DNA from: an uncultured virus (IMG/VR IMGVR_UViG_3300035187_003505)
Taxonomy: Duplodnaviria > Heunggongvirae > Uroviricota > Caudoviricetes
IMG/VR virus record: IMGVR_UViG_3300035187_003505
Length of the DNA stretch: 64,000 bases
Reading direction: 5' to 3' (one strand)
The position numbers and the translations under genes are program-made. The notes under the pieces are model-generated. The model saw only the letters and a program-made list of their open reading frames with translations, was not told the DNA's origin and ran no database searches. Positions 9,269-18,317 of this stretch are shown piece after piece. Positions within the stretch are counted from its first letter, which is position 1. Every line of letters begins with the position of its first letter.

Positions 9269-9529
9269 ATGAACATCTACAAGATCAGCCGAGAAGACTT
9301 AGAAGCAGACGATTATGACACTTTCAAGAGTGCTGTTGTATGCGCGGAGGATGAGGATACAGCAAGAAACATTCGCCCTAATGGAGATGGCGAACTAATG
9401 GATTGGTGCGGCCCTTCCGATTGCAGTGCATGGTGTGAAAGCCCAGATATGGTTAAGGTCGAATTGATCGGCATTGCTGTACCCGGACTACAGCAAAGCG
9501 TCATCTGCGCGGACTTTATCGCAGCCTGA
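9269..9529 (+). CDS. hypothetical phage protein
   Basis: DYDTFKSAVVCAEDEDTAR..P...W....V.VELIG.A common phage family pattern. Confidence 0.7.
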   Translation: MNIYKISREDLEADDYDTFKSAVVCAEDEDTARNIRPNGDGELMDWCGPSDCSAWCESPDMVKVELIGIAVPGLQQSVICADFIAA

Positions 9530-9574
9530 CTAACCCTCCTTCCTCCTTTCTCCCCTCTCTCTCTTTCTCCTCCC

Positions 9575-9826
9575 ATGAACCTTCGCAAACTCCGACGAAT
9601 AGCCCAAAGTTGCGCATCTCTACCCATTGCATCCTCCCGCGAGGTTAACTTCGCCGCCAAGAACATTGCAAACTGGCCCGCTGTCCCTCGTCGAGGCCGC
9701 CGCATGCAAGCTCGCTACGCCTGGTTTAGGGCTAGGTGTGACTCCACTGCTCTCCCACGCACTCAACCCTCCTGGCCAGAATACTGGCGCGAGGTGAATG
9801 ATAATAAGGGGGTGCTCTATGTTTAA
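9575..9826 (+). CDS. basic hypothetical protein
   Basis: ATG after long CT-rich leader. Confidence 0.55.
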   Translation: MNLRKLRRIAQSCASLPIASSREVNFAAKNIANWPAVPRRGRRMQARYAWFRARCDSTALPRTQPSWPEYWREVNDNKGVLYV

Positions 9827-10019
9827 AATCGAATGGAAGACTTTCGCCCATGACGGTGATCCAGGTACATGGTGCGACGACCCTACTATATTTCCTGGCG
9901 GCATCACCAAAGTAGGCAACCGCTTTCCTACAGAACAAAGTGCTTATGATGCGTGTAATGTCCTAATTCATGTAAGGGACTTCAATCCGTCCCACTTAAG
10001 AGTGGTTCCGGCTGATTAA
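9819..10019 (+). CDS. small protein, paralog of 8852..9043
   Basis: Visual alignment with 8852..9043. Confidence 0.65.
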   Translation: MFKIEWKTFAHDGDPGTWCDDPTIFPGGITKVGNRFPTEQSAYDACNVLIHVRDFNPSHLRVVPAD

Positions 10020-10141
10020 ACCATCGAAGGCGGGGGCCTGCCCAAGGTCTTTTAAAGCCCCCCGTTACTTCTAAGTAACGCCCACGCCTAACCAACCTTG
10101 ATTGAGTTAATTCCCCCTTCTTTTTCCATTACCACCCTCTG

Positions 10142-10501
10142 ATGTCTTTCCCCTCCTTCAATCGCAGCATGGGCGGCCCCACCACTCCCCCCGAGCCCGC
10201 CCAATCCAATAACGATCCTCGTGAGTGTTTCATTTCCAGCGAGTCCTTGCTCAATGTAGGTGATGTAGGTCCCGAATTGTTAATTACTCCCTCCGAGCTT
10301 ATTACAACAGACAGCACACTAGCTATCTTCGAAGAGGCTGAAGCCGAATCAGCCCTGACTACTAGAGGCGAAGCAAAAAAGCTAATCTCCGAACGCATCA
10401 AGGAACGCAATCGCCTACGGATGCTGCTAGAGAAATCAGAAAACGAGCTGGCCAAACTCCTCAAGAAAACCCCTGCGGAGATCGCCGCCTTGCGGTATTG
10501 A
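10142..10501 (+). CDS. hypothetical coiled-coil protein
   Basis: ORF tiling. Confidence 0.6.
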   Translation: MSFPSFNRSMGGPTTPPEPAQSNNDPRECFISSESLLNVGDVGPELLITPSELITTDSTLAIFEEAEAESALTTRGEAKKLISERIKERNRLRMLLEKSENELAKLLKKTPAEIAALRY

Positions 10502-10504
10502 TCC

Positions 10505-10897
10505 ATGGTCGTGTTCTCGCATACAAGCAGCGATGCGGACCATCGGCGGTTTAACGAGCAAGGTGTCAATCTAGTCTCTGACGGCAAACAACTAGCACTA
10601 AGATGGGGAGAGAAATCTTTCCTTCTTTCTAGCTTCGTCGTTGCTGAGCTATCAGTAGAAACAGGGTTAGGTGACTACGATTACATAATGTCGCATACCG
10701 GGCGTGCTTATCCGCATCCTGTGGGTAAACAACTATCCATCCACCTCAAATCCGCAGGATCTGTCAAAACCGCAGGCCGCCACGCCCTAGACGATGTCTT
10801 CCTCAACGCCGCTGAACTTTCTGTAGACGAGCTACTCAAACTCGCTTATCAGAAAATCGATAAGCGTGCGGAGCAGGAGGACACCACCTCTAGCTAA
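10505..10897 (+). CDS. hypothetical protein
   Basis: ORF tiling. Confidence 0.6.
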   Translation: MVVFSHTSSDADHRRFNEQGVNLVSDGKQLALRWGEKSFLLSSFVVAELSVETGLGDYDYIMSHTGRAYPHPVGKQLSIHLKSAGSVKTAGRHALDDVFLNAAELSVDELLKLAYQKIDKRAEQEDTTSS

Positions 10898-11209
10898 TCC
10901 CACGGGGATAGCACTAGCTTTCCCCTCTACCTCCCTTTATCCCTTGGCACCATCCCTCCAGTTATCTCAACCACACAACCTCCAATCCCCCCATGGCAGA
11001 AGCTACCAACGAGCCGTAGAACTAAACAACACAGCCAATCGACTCGACCAAATCAAAGCTCATCTCGCTCTACTCCTGCGGCAGGGCCATCTCAAAGATC
11101 TTCCCCCGGCAGTGGTCTGCGACATCCTCGCTGCAGGGCGGAACCTCCATCGAGCGTCTATCACCACCCGCGCCGCCGTCTCTCTTTACTCCTCTCGCCC
11201 CTCTACGTC

Positions 11210-12220
11210 ATGACTCTCGCTACCACTGCCCCAATTCTGGATACTGAAGTATTTACACCGTTCGATCGTGTCACTTCAGACATTGAAATAGCGGAAAAAG
11301 AGGCAATAGCCGATTTTGGTGACTATAAAAATCCCGATGTAAATAAGAGAGCGCGTAGTTATGTAGCCAAGCTGCGTAAAGTAAGAGCTTCGGTTGATAA
11401 GACTCGCAAAGCGCAGAATGAAGCAGCTCAAACATATATTCAAGATGTCAACACATTCTCTAAAAAGCTAGAAGCGCGTGTTACATCGCTCATAACGCCT
11501 CATGAAACAATCCTCAAGAGTATCAAAGATGAAGAAGATGCTCGTATAGCAGAGCACGAAAACAATATTCAGGTCATCATCGACATGGGGAAAGCTCCAG
11601 TAGGAGTTGGATCTGCACAGATCCAGGAATACCTAGACATCCTGAAGGGGATTGACCATAAAACCTTTGAAGAGTTTACCCCTAAGGCGGATGCGGAGCT
11701 AGTCATTGCTACCGCCGCGTTGGAGCAGACCCTCCAAGCTGCTTTGGACACTGAAGAAGCGGCGGCCCGAAGGGAGCAAGAGCGCAAGGATGCTGCAGAA
11801 GCCGCCCGTGTTAAACGGGAGCAGGATATAGCTGATAAGGCCGCAGCCGAAGCTAAAGAGAAGGCGGAGGCAGAGGCCGCTACCGCGCTGGACGCGGAGC
11901 GTAAGAAAACCGAAGCTGCTGAGCAACGTGCCGCGAGAGCAGAAGAGGAGAAAGAAGTAGTGGTGGCAGAGGCCGCTGCAGCGAAGGTTGAAGTAGTTCC
12001 ACAAGTAAGACTGGTGGTGAATAGAGGATGTGCCCCCTGGGCCCGTACCCCCGAGCCCGTAGCCGCGCCCCCCTCCGCTCCTACCAAAGCGCAACGCCGC
12101 AAGCTGTCCGAGTTTATCCAGGAAATGGTCTTGGATCACTCGGCCAAAGACTTTGCGCAACTGCTTGTAAACGGAGAACTCCACCCAGCAATTTCTATCG
12201 ACTGGAGTGAAGTCTGCTGA
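11210..12220 (+). CDS. long coiled-coil protein (DUF1351-like)
   Basis: AR...AKLRKVRASVDKTRK...I...E..R pattern with Ala/Glu/Lys-rich helix. Confidence 0.7.
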   Translation: MTLATTAPILDTEVFTPFDRVTSDIEIAEKEAIADFGDYKNPDVNKRARSYVAKLRKVRASVDKTRKAQNEAAQTYIQDVNTFSKKLEARVTSLITPHETILKSIKDEEDARIAEHENNIQVIIDMGKAPVGVGSAQIQEYLDILKGIDHKTFEEFTPKADAELVIATAALEQTLQAALDTEEAAARREQERKDAAEAARVKREQDIADKAAAEAKEKAEAEAATALDAERKKTEAAEQRAARAEEEKEVVVAEAAAAKVEVVPQVRLVVNRGCAPWARTPEPVAAPPSAPTKAQRRKLSEFIQEMVLDHSAKDFAQLLVNGELHPAISIDWSEVC

Positions 12221-12281
12221 TAACCAGCGGCTACGCTCTAAACTTCCGCATTCAAATCCACTGTCACTCGTTTCTTCACTA

Positions 12282-12557
12282 ATGGCCTCTACTTCCGACA
12301 ATTCCCCCACTCCCCGGCCCCGTTACGACATTGATAACATTTTCTGTTATCACGCCGCCAACCTTGGCCAAACTTCTCGGTATCGCTCACTCAGAGAAGC
12401 CGCTAAATCACTAGCTCAAGACATCCTTGATCTAACCCCACCCTCCCGCGAACAATCGTTAGCCCTAACCAAGCTTGAGGAAGCCGTCATGTGGGCTAAC
12501 GCTGCGATAGCTCGCAACGAGCCTGATACCACCACCTCGGAACAGGTGACTCCATGA
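12282..12557 (+). CDS. Acb2/Tad1-like helical hairpin protein (putative nucleotide-signal sponge)
   Basis: F.YH....Q..RY..LR..AK.LA..I....P.SREQSLALTKLEEAVMWANAAIAR signature. Confidence 0.7.
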   Translation: MASTSDNSPTPRPRYDIDNIFCYHAANLGQTSRYRSLREAAKSLAQDILDLTPPSREQSLALTKLEEAVMWANAAIARNEPDTTTSEQVTP

Positions 12558-12715
12558 CTATGCAAAAGGGAGTCGAGATAGCCCTAGTCCTGTGCATCAG
12601 CTTTCTCACCGGAGGGTTGATGGGGTACAACATCAAATCCCCGGCATTAGACCTTTCTCTCGCCGCTGTGGTAGGCCAGCTCATGACGCTTTATCTACTC
12701 ATCAACCTTTGCTGA
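12554..12715 (+). CDS. small membrane protein (2 hydrophobic segments)
   Basis: Hand translation MTMQKGVEIALVLCISFLTGGLMG...AAVVGQLMTLYLLINLC; ATGA overlap. Confidence 0.55.
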   Translation: MTMQKGVEIALVLCISFLTGGLMGYNIKSPALDLSLAAVVGQLMTLYLLINLC

Positions 12716-12721
12716 TTTCCA

Positions 12722-13102
12722 ATGCCATCAACCCCTTACGAAGAGTTCCCTCCATTAACAGAGGAATCTAAAGCCGTACTTTGTAGTAATTGTGATCTTA
12801 TTGGAAATAGCATAATAACTACTCCAGAAGTGCGAGAAGTACGCCGCTTCCTCAGTGCTGCCTTCCGTGAAGCGATGCAGCAATGTTATACTGGTGCAAT
12901 AACTGCTGAGCAAGTTGTAGCATGGCAGCAGCTCAGCGCTATCGCCGATAATATCCATAACATACACCCAACACCATCGCAGATGCACCTGCTACTACAG
13001 GAGATGATCGACGGTGATGCCGCGATTAGTGTCAACAACTCAGTCGTTCAAAACAAACTCAGGACCCTCCAACGTGGCCTGGCCCACCACCTTCCCGCCT
13101 AG
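12722..13102 (+). CDS. hypothetical protein, paralog of 16950..17387
   Basis: EFP.LT..SKA.L ... RR...A..REA..Q ... IA.NIH shared. Confidence 0.65.
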   Translation: MPSTPYEEFPPLTEESKAVLCSNCDLIGNSIITTPEVREVRRFLSAAFREAMQQCYTGAITAEQVVAWQQLSAIADNIHNIHPTPSQMHLLLQEMIDGDAAISVNNSVVQNKLRTLQRGLAHHLPA

Positions 13103-13237
13103 GCCGCCCCATGCAGAACCCCACTTCCTCACCCCCTGCGCCAGACTATGAAGGCCCGACCAGCCTCCCCGGCACTGCGCCCGCTGCAACGGAGTTCTCT
13201 AAATCTCCTTTAAGCCTCCTAAAAGGCTTGCCTCTGC

Positions 13238-13459
13238 ATGTCTTCCAATATCCACGCGGTCTACGCCATGCACCACCTGGAAACCGGAGTAATCCTCTAC
13301 CAAACAACAGCCACCGAGGAGGAGATCCAGCAAGCCAATCAAAACTTAAAAAACTGCGACCAGCCGTATCGCTTCTTCCCGCCAGGGGACTTCAGCATCC
13401 CCTCGCTTCACCGTCCAGATGACTTACGTCTCGAAGACTTCTCTTCAATCAATCCTTGA
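13238..13459 (+). CDS. hypothetical protein
   Basis: Most protein-like of the overlapping frames. Confidence 0.55.
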   Translation: MSSNIHAVYAMHHLETGVILYQTTATEEEIQQANQNLKNCDQPYRFFPPGDFSIPSLHRPDDLRLEDFSSINP

Positions 13460-13802
13460 TACCTGCGAAGAGGTTCTAACCAAATACGGTGTCTGCAATT
13501 ACGCAGAAGTCGGGAGGAGGTTAGGCATCAGCCGCCAGGCCGTATACCAACGGCTAACTACAGCCGTCGCGCAAGGAGCCATCAGCCAGGAACGGGCAGA
13601 CAGCTACCGACCAACATCGACCAAGTTGACCCAGCGATTCAACACGTCACTCTCCCCCGAGAACGATGAGTTCATACGAGACCTGGCGAAGCTGCTTCAC
13701 ATCCAGCCTGCTTACATCCTCCACGCGGCGGTTAATCGCTACCGCGCCTCGTTGCTTAGCAGCAACCTTCTTGAACCCCTCGACGAACTTCCCCATGTCT
13801 AA
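13419..13802 (+). CDS. DNA-binding protein (HTH plus possible ribbon-helix-helix)
   Basis: NYAEVGRRLGISRQAVYQRL HTH; C-terminal RFNTSLSPENDEFIRDLAK..PAYILHAAV RHH-like. Confidence 0.75.
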   Translation: MTYVSKTSLQSILDTCEEVLTKYGVCNYAEVGRRLGISRQAVYQRLTTAVAQGAISQERADSYRPTSTKLTQRFNTSLSPENDEFIRDLAKLLHIQPAYILHAAVNRYRASLLSSNLLEPLDELPHV

Positions 13803-13998
13803 ACCCCTCCCGTTTTTCGCCGCCGCCGCAGCCCTGCTCCAGGAACTCGCTCCCGTTGCCAGCCCCCTGGTGAGCGTCCTGGGCGAGACCTCCGCTGCCA
13901 TCGACCGGGCCCAGAGCATCTCCTCCGGTGAGGCCCCCCGCCCCCGGCGGTTTGCGGATTCCTCCGCCACTAGCTACCTCACCGAAAGTGAAGACTGA
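13795..13998 (+). CDS. small hypothetical protein
   Basis: ATG after TTCCCC inside ORF 13666..13998. Confidence 0.5.
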   Translation: MSKPLPFFAAAAALLQELAPVASPLVSVLGETSAAIDRAQSISSGEAPRPRRFADSSATSYLTESED

Positions 13999-14092
13999 TG
14001 CCTTTTCTAAAACGGCTTCGCCTCTGGCTAACCCCTTACATCACTCTCATCCTCCTATTATCATCGCTAATCCGTTTTCTCCTTTCCCGCCG

Positions 14093-14512
14093 ATGGCGAA
14101 GTTTACCCACCTATCCCATCGGCGCCCCGCCGCCTCCAGCAAAGACAGGCGCCCCCAGCATGGACAAACCCCGCCAGCGACTGCACCGGCTAATCCAAAC
14201 ATCCTCAGCGGAGTTTCTGGAGAATCCCCCAACCTCTTCTGTGAACTCACCGAAGCCCGAAACTTTCTCCAGAGACTAGAGGGTGCATGCCGCTGCAAAG
14301 CGGCTTACAACAGCCGCCGCGAGATCTCTACTTTTCTCCGACACACCGGACACGCCGGCTCTAGCTACTTATGTCAATGCTGTGATCACTGGCATATCAC
14401 TTCGCTGACTAAGCGTGAGCAGAAGACGTTAGCCCGAAAGATCCGCGCTGCTAAAAAGTTAGTCGATGATTATGATCTAGCTCAATCCCCATCTCAACCA
14501 TTTAATGCTTGA
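14093..14512 (+). CDS. putative zinc-binding protein
   Basis: C..K.AY....Y.C.CC.HWHITS motif. Confidence 0.6.
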   Translation: MAKFTHLSHRRPAASSKDRRPQHGQTPPATAPANPNILSGVSGESPNLFCELTEARNFLQRLEGACRCKAAYNSRREISTFLRHTGHAGSSYLCQCCDHWHITSLTKREQKTLARKIRAAKKLVDDYDLAQSPSQPFNA

Positions 14513-14517
14513 TCCCC

Positions 14518-14862
14518 ATGTCGCCCCCACAATCATCTGCATCTACAGAAGCTGCTTCCGCAATGAACCTAGCCATGTTAGAAAAATCGGCAGAGCGTGC
14601 TAGACAAAGAGGTGAGCAGTTTTATACCGCAATACACGAGTTTAGTGAGTAGGCTGAAGATAACAAACCCCTGTTAACCCCCACGCATGTGCTTATAGCA
14701 GAAATATTAGGGAATTTAGCGATACTTATGGCCTTTCACGTAATCACAGCACATAAAGCCGAAACTACGGGTAACATGAGAGTTGTATTCTACTGTTTGA
14801 AAGTTCAAGCATCAGTAGCCAATACACAAAGGGCTGTGTTAAAGCTGTTCGCAGCACGCTAA
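14518..14862 (+). pseudogene. ORF interrupted by one in-frame TAG (14650-14652)
   Basis: Frame open on both sides of the TAG and fills the gap between neighbours; starts with the typical TCCCCATG. Confidence 0.5.
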
Positions 14863-14896
14863 ACAGTGATTAAATCTTAGTTAACCCCCCCCCCCC

Positions 14897-15661
14897 ATGT
14901 CTCTCACCATCACCGCCTCGGGCATTCTCCAAAGCGACCCCCGACTCCGCGTTCAAACCCTCACCGCCCTCCACAATCCCAACCAAGCCTCCTGGTTCGG
15001 CATGCGCCAGGACTACTCCGAACGCTTCGTGGGGGATGAAACACCGCCCCCCGAGCACGATGCCGGCCTAATCCTCGTCAAACGCCTCCTCTCCGGTGAA
15101 CGAGGCCATTACGGCCCGTTAGAGCACAACGTCATTGTCTTCGGTGTAGCAGGATTCCCTCATTCGGTAATGCAACAGGCCCGTACACATCGGGTCGGGA
15201 TTTCTTTCGATGTTCAGTCGATGCGTTACACAGGATCAAGGATTGTGGATTATGTTAGACATATAAACAGTATGCCTAAGTTCGATGATATATTTTTTCA
15301 ACGCCCTGTGGGGCTCTATCATGGACGAAATGGAAGCTATTACAATTATTCCAAAGAAGACCGTGACAACGACATGTATCTTATGAATGAAACCGCTAAG
15401 CGCTATTCAGATCTAGTCCATCGAGGCGTAGCCGAAGAACACGCCCGAGGAGTATTAGCCTTCGAATATCGCCAGAATTTCGTAGTTAGCTTCAACATCC
15501 GCTCGCTCATGCACTTCCTCGATCTACGAGCGAAGCTCGACGCACAGCTAGAAATCCAAGCCCTTTGCGAGTTGATGATGGTTGAGTTTGAAAAATGGAC
15601 GCCAGCTATTGCTGCTTATTACAAAGAAAAACGTTGGGGTAAGGCGAGGCTGGCACCATGA
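14897..15661 (+). CDS. thyX: FAD-dependent thymidylate synthase
   Basis: GHYGPLEH, QQARTHRVGISFDVQSMRY, EHARG, N.RSLMHFLDLR...AQLEI motifs. Confidence 0.95.
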   Translation: MSLTITASGILQSDPRLRVQTLTALHNPNQASWFGMRQDYSERFVGDETPPPEHDAGLILVKRLLSGERGHYGPLEHNVIVFGVAGFPHSVMQQARTHRVGISFDVQSMRYTGSRIVDYVRHINSMPKFDDIFFQRPVGLYHGRNGSYYNYSKEDRDNDMYLMNETAKRYSDLVHRGVAEEHARGVLAFEYRQNFVVSFNIRSLMHFLDLRAKLDAQLEIQALCELMMVEFEKWTPAIAAYYKEKRWGKARLAP

Positions 15662-15721
15662 GTAAACCTCAATCACCGGTTAAGTTCTATCTACAACCAC
15701 CCTGGATCCACAAAACCCATC

Positions 15722-16105
15722 ATGGCTAAACTACGCAAACTGTACACTAAGCTAATCGAAAGATTGGAGTATAACGCTACTCATGTAGTGGATTCACGCA
15801 AAGACTTTAAGCATGACAGTAGGCTTATTAAAAAAGCCCGCCGTAAATTAAAACGCATACCTGACCAGATTCAACGAGGGTATACCGATTGCCCCTTTAC
15901 TGCTTTAGGCGATCCAGCCAACCTAGCAGCACCTTTAAGAAGAGTAAGAATTTTGTCTTACGACAGCAATAAATATTGTGAAGTGTTAGTAGAGTATGCG
16001 AACAAAGAGGGTACTACGCTCCAGCATTATGACAGAATTAAAGCCGGATACATATATAGAGAGCTATCTCTAAACCAATTAGGTAAACTACCGAACACCC
16101 CATGA
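15722..16105 (+). CDS. hypothetical protein
   Basis: YTD.PF..LGD....AP.R.V.ILSYD.NKYC phage family pattern. Confidence 0.7.
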   Translation: MAKLRKLYTKLIERLEYNATHVVDSRKDFKHDSRLIKKARRKLKRIPDQIQRGYTDCPFTALGDPANLAAPLRRVRILSYDSNKYCEVLVEYANKEGTTLQHYDRIKAGYIYRELSLNQLGKLPNTP

Positions 16106-16320
16106 CCAGTATTAAAACTCTTTCTGACCTCTGTGCTGAGCTATGCAACACTTTAGAACAACCAGACAAAGACCCACACAGAGTAAAATCGTTAATCAAC
16201 CGTTCACGTTACATACTACAAGCCACAAATAAAAGTCTTGACATAGATCACCGAATAAACTATCGAAACTATCGGCGTTCCACTCGACCCGCCGCCAGCC
16301 ATTCCGGATTAACCTCCTGA
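16102..16320 (+). CDS. hypothetical protein
   Basis: ATGA overlap. Confidence 0.55.
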   Translation: MTSIKTLSDLCAELCNTLEQPDKDPHRVKSLINRSRYILQATNKSLDIDHRINYRNYRRSTRPAASHSGLTS

Positions 16321-16324
16321 TCCC

Positions 16325-16579
16325 ATGAAAACCTGCAACGGCTGCATTCACGCCAAATGGCGCCTCACTACCACCGGGCGGCTCCACCCCAGCGGGGAGG
16401 GGCAATGCACAAAGCGCATCAAGATCCCAGCCATCCCGGCCTGCCAATACTGGCCAGGGGGGATCCCCCCGAGGCCGACAGGAGGCTCCATTTCTCGCCG
16501 CCAGGAACTCGATGACCACTGCGTCTACTGGGAATCTCCAAAGCCTCTTGCGACTGATTCTCAATCTCAACAGCCCTGA
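16325..16579 (+). CDS. Cys-rich hypothetical protein
   Basis: C.GC.HA.W....GRLHPSG.G.C motif. Confidence 0.65.
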   Translation: MKTCNGCIHAKWRLTTTGRLHPSGEGQCTKRIKIPAIPACQYWPGGIPPRPTGGSISRRQELDDHCVYWESPKPLATDSQSQQP

Positions 16580-16584
16580 TCGCC

Positions 16585-16899
16585 ATGCTCTGCCCGTTCT
16601 GTGGAGGCAAAACCCACTCTGTCGCTACAACCAGAAATGACACCATCGAGTCCATTATCCGCAAACGACGATGCAGTAGTAAACAATGCGGTCAGCCCTG
16701 GTGGACCGGAGAGTTCGAGCTTCCTGCGAACTCTGTGATTTATGTCCGTCAGCAAAAAGATCACCGTAACTACCCCGTTCGTGCTAATATTGCACAGCGG
16801 CCTTTCCTAAACCCTAAGGCCGCGCTAGCGGGCATTGAAGATATTGCTAAAGCTCTAGAGGATCTCGCCGTAGTGGCCAGATCCTCGGTTAACCCTTAA
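16585..16899 (+). CDS. NrdR-like N-terminal zinc ribbon protein
   Basis: MLCPFCGG....V..TR......IRKRRC...CG..W.T.E; no ATP cone. Confidence 0.75.
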   Translation: MLCPFCGGKTHSVATTRNDTIESIIRKRRCSSKQCGQPWWTGEFELPANSVIYVRQQKDHRNYPVRANIAQRPFLNPKAALAGIEDIAKALEDLAVVARSSVNP

Positions 16900-16949
16900 C
16901 CAATCTTCATCCACTCACCACCAACGTTACAACCACAGCATCACTCGTC

Positions 16950-17387
16950 ATGACCAGCTCTACTTCGAACTCCGTCGAATTTCCTGAGCTAACTCCCGCC
17001 TCGAAGGCGATACTTCAGGCGTATCGAGACGCTAATGGGGCGACTAACATGTACTACCGTAGAGCGGTAGCAGCCTCACTCCGCGAAGCGGTGTACCAAG
17101 CATTCCCTGCATACACTGCATACAGCGGAAGTGATAGGCCCCAGGCCCATCCGATATTAAAGATAGCTGCTAATATACACGATGTGCCTCTTCCTACACG
17201 AGAGCAGATCGCCGATGATATGGCTTGGGTTAGTAGATACTCGAACTCTCCCCAGGTAGATTTACGCTTAAGAAAGATTAGAGAGTACATAGATATGCAG
17301 CAGCAAGAACTGTCAAATAGTGTTCCTATCAAGGACACCGCTGCTATCAATAGATTTTCAGCAAGACAGGCATTGAATCTACAATGA
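16950..17387 (+). CDS. hypothetical protein, paralog of 12722..13102
   Basis: Visual alignment. Confidence 0.65.
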   Translation: MTSSTSNSVEFPELTPASKAILQAYRDANGATNMYYRRAVAASLREAVYQAFPAYTAYSGSDRPQAHPILKIAANIHDVPLPTREQIADDMAWVSRYSNSPQVDLRLRKIREYIDMQQQELSNSVPIKDTAAINRFSARQALNLQ

Positions 17388-17767
17388 GCAATTCTTCACG
17401 ATTCTGTATCATAAGTTACGATAGATTAAAATTAAACAGATTAGTAGGCAGAGATCTAAATGCTAAGCAACAGAATATACTGCTACAGAAGTTACTAGAC
17501 AACAAGCCGTTCCGGCTTAGACTTAGTACAAAAACTACCTCAGCCTACGCTTATATAATTGCTTCATGTGTAGGCCAAGAATGTACGCTTACCCGTTATC
17601 CGCGTGACTACGACCCTCCGTGGCTATCCCCTAGACAACTGCGAGCACTAAATGATTACCTTATTAAGAAAGCCCTATCGCGCTACCCTTCAGATTCTAA
17701 TATTACAGGTTTTGGGAATTATCGAGATTACTACGGGCTAGGCCCCGAAGACTGGGGCGACATCTGA
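17384..17767 (+). CDS. hypothetical protein
   Basis: ATGA overlap. Confidence 0.6.
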   Translation: MSNSSRFCIISYDRLKLNRLVGRDLNAKQQNILLQKLLDNKPFRLRLSTKTTSAYAYIIASCVGQECTLTRYPRDYDPPWLSPRQLRALNDYLIKKALSRYPSDSNITGFGNYRDYYGLGPEDWGDI

Positions 17768-17802
17768 CCCACCTCAAACACCCTTCTATCACGAAAACCC
17801 TC

Positions 17803-18303
17803 ATGTTCAAACGCTTAATCCGCTCAATCCGCCGCCCGTTACTCCGCTTCTTATCTCAAGGTGATCTAATTATCATCGGTGATGTACATGCCCGACCTGA
17901 TCGGCCATTACTAGCAGTAGGGCAAGGCTACGCCGAGGTAATTGGTAACATCAGCTATTCCGATAACAACTTCGGTTGCATTGTCCCACCAGGCTACAGA
18001 GACCCTAATATTGCATGGGTGCTCCCGCAAGTAGCGCCCATGCAATTGCAGCTAAGCCCTGGAGTCAGTGCTGGGTCTGTGGAACCGGGCCCAACTTGGT
18101 ACATGGTTCGGCATGGCGCTTTGGGGCATAGAACCATCCATCACGGAGATGTGGTACAGATGGTAGAAGACCCTATTATGCACAACTGGCTGTATCGGAG
18201 GGACGGCACACTGCACAACCTTGAAGACAAGAACAACCAATATCTGATTTTACAGGCGTTGAGCCCAACTCCACAACTACCGCATTCTTTAACCAACTCC
18301 TGA
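17803..18303 (+). CDS. hypothetical protein
   Basis: ORF tiling. Confidence 0.6.
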   Translation: MFKRLIRSIRRPLLRFLSQGDLIIIGDVHARPDRPLLAVGQGYAEVIGNISYSDNNFGCIVPPGYRDPNIAWVLPQVAPMQLQLSPGVSAGSVEPGPTWYMVRHGALGHRTIHHGDVVQMVEDPIMHNWLYRRDGTLHNLEDKNNQYLILQALSPTPQLPHSLTNS

Positions 18304-18317
18304 AAAGATCCCCATTC

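Noticed and set aside
10142..10897. TGA readthrough fusing two in-frame ORFs
   Set aside because: Stop-NNN-ATG spacing also occurs at 4683/4687 and is expected by chance; no supporting signal
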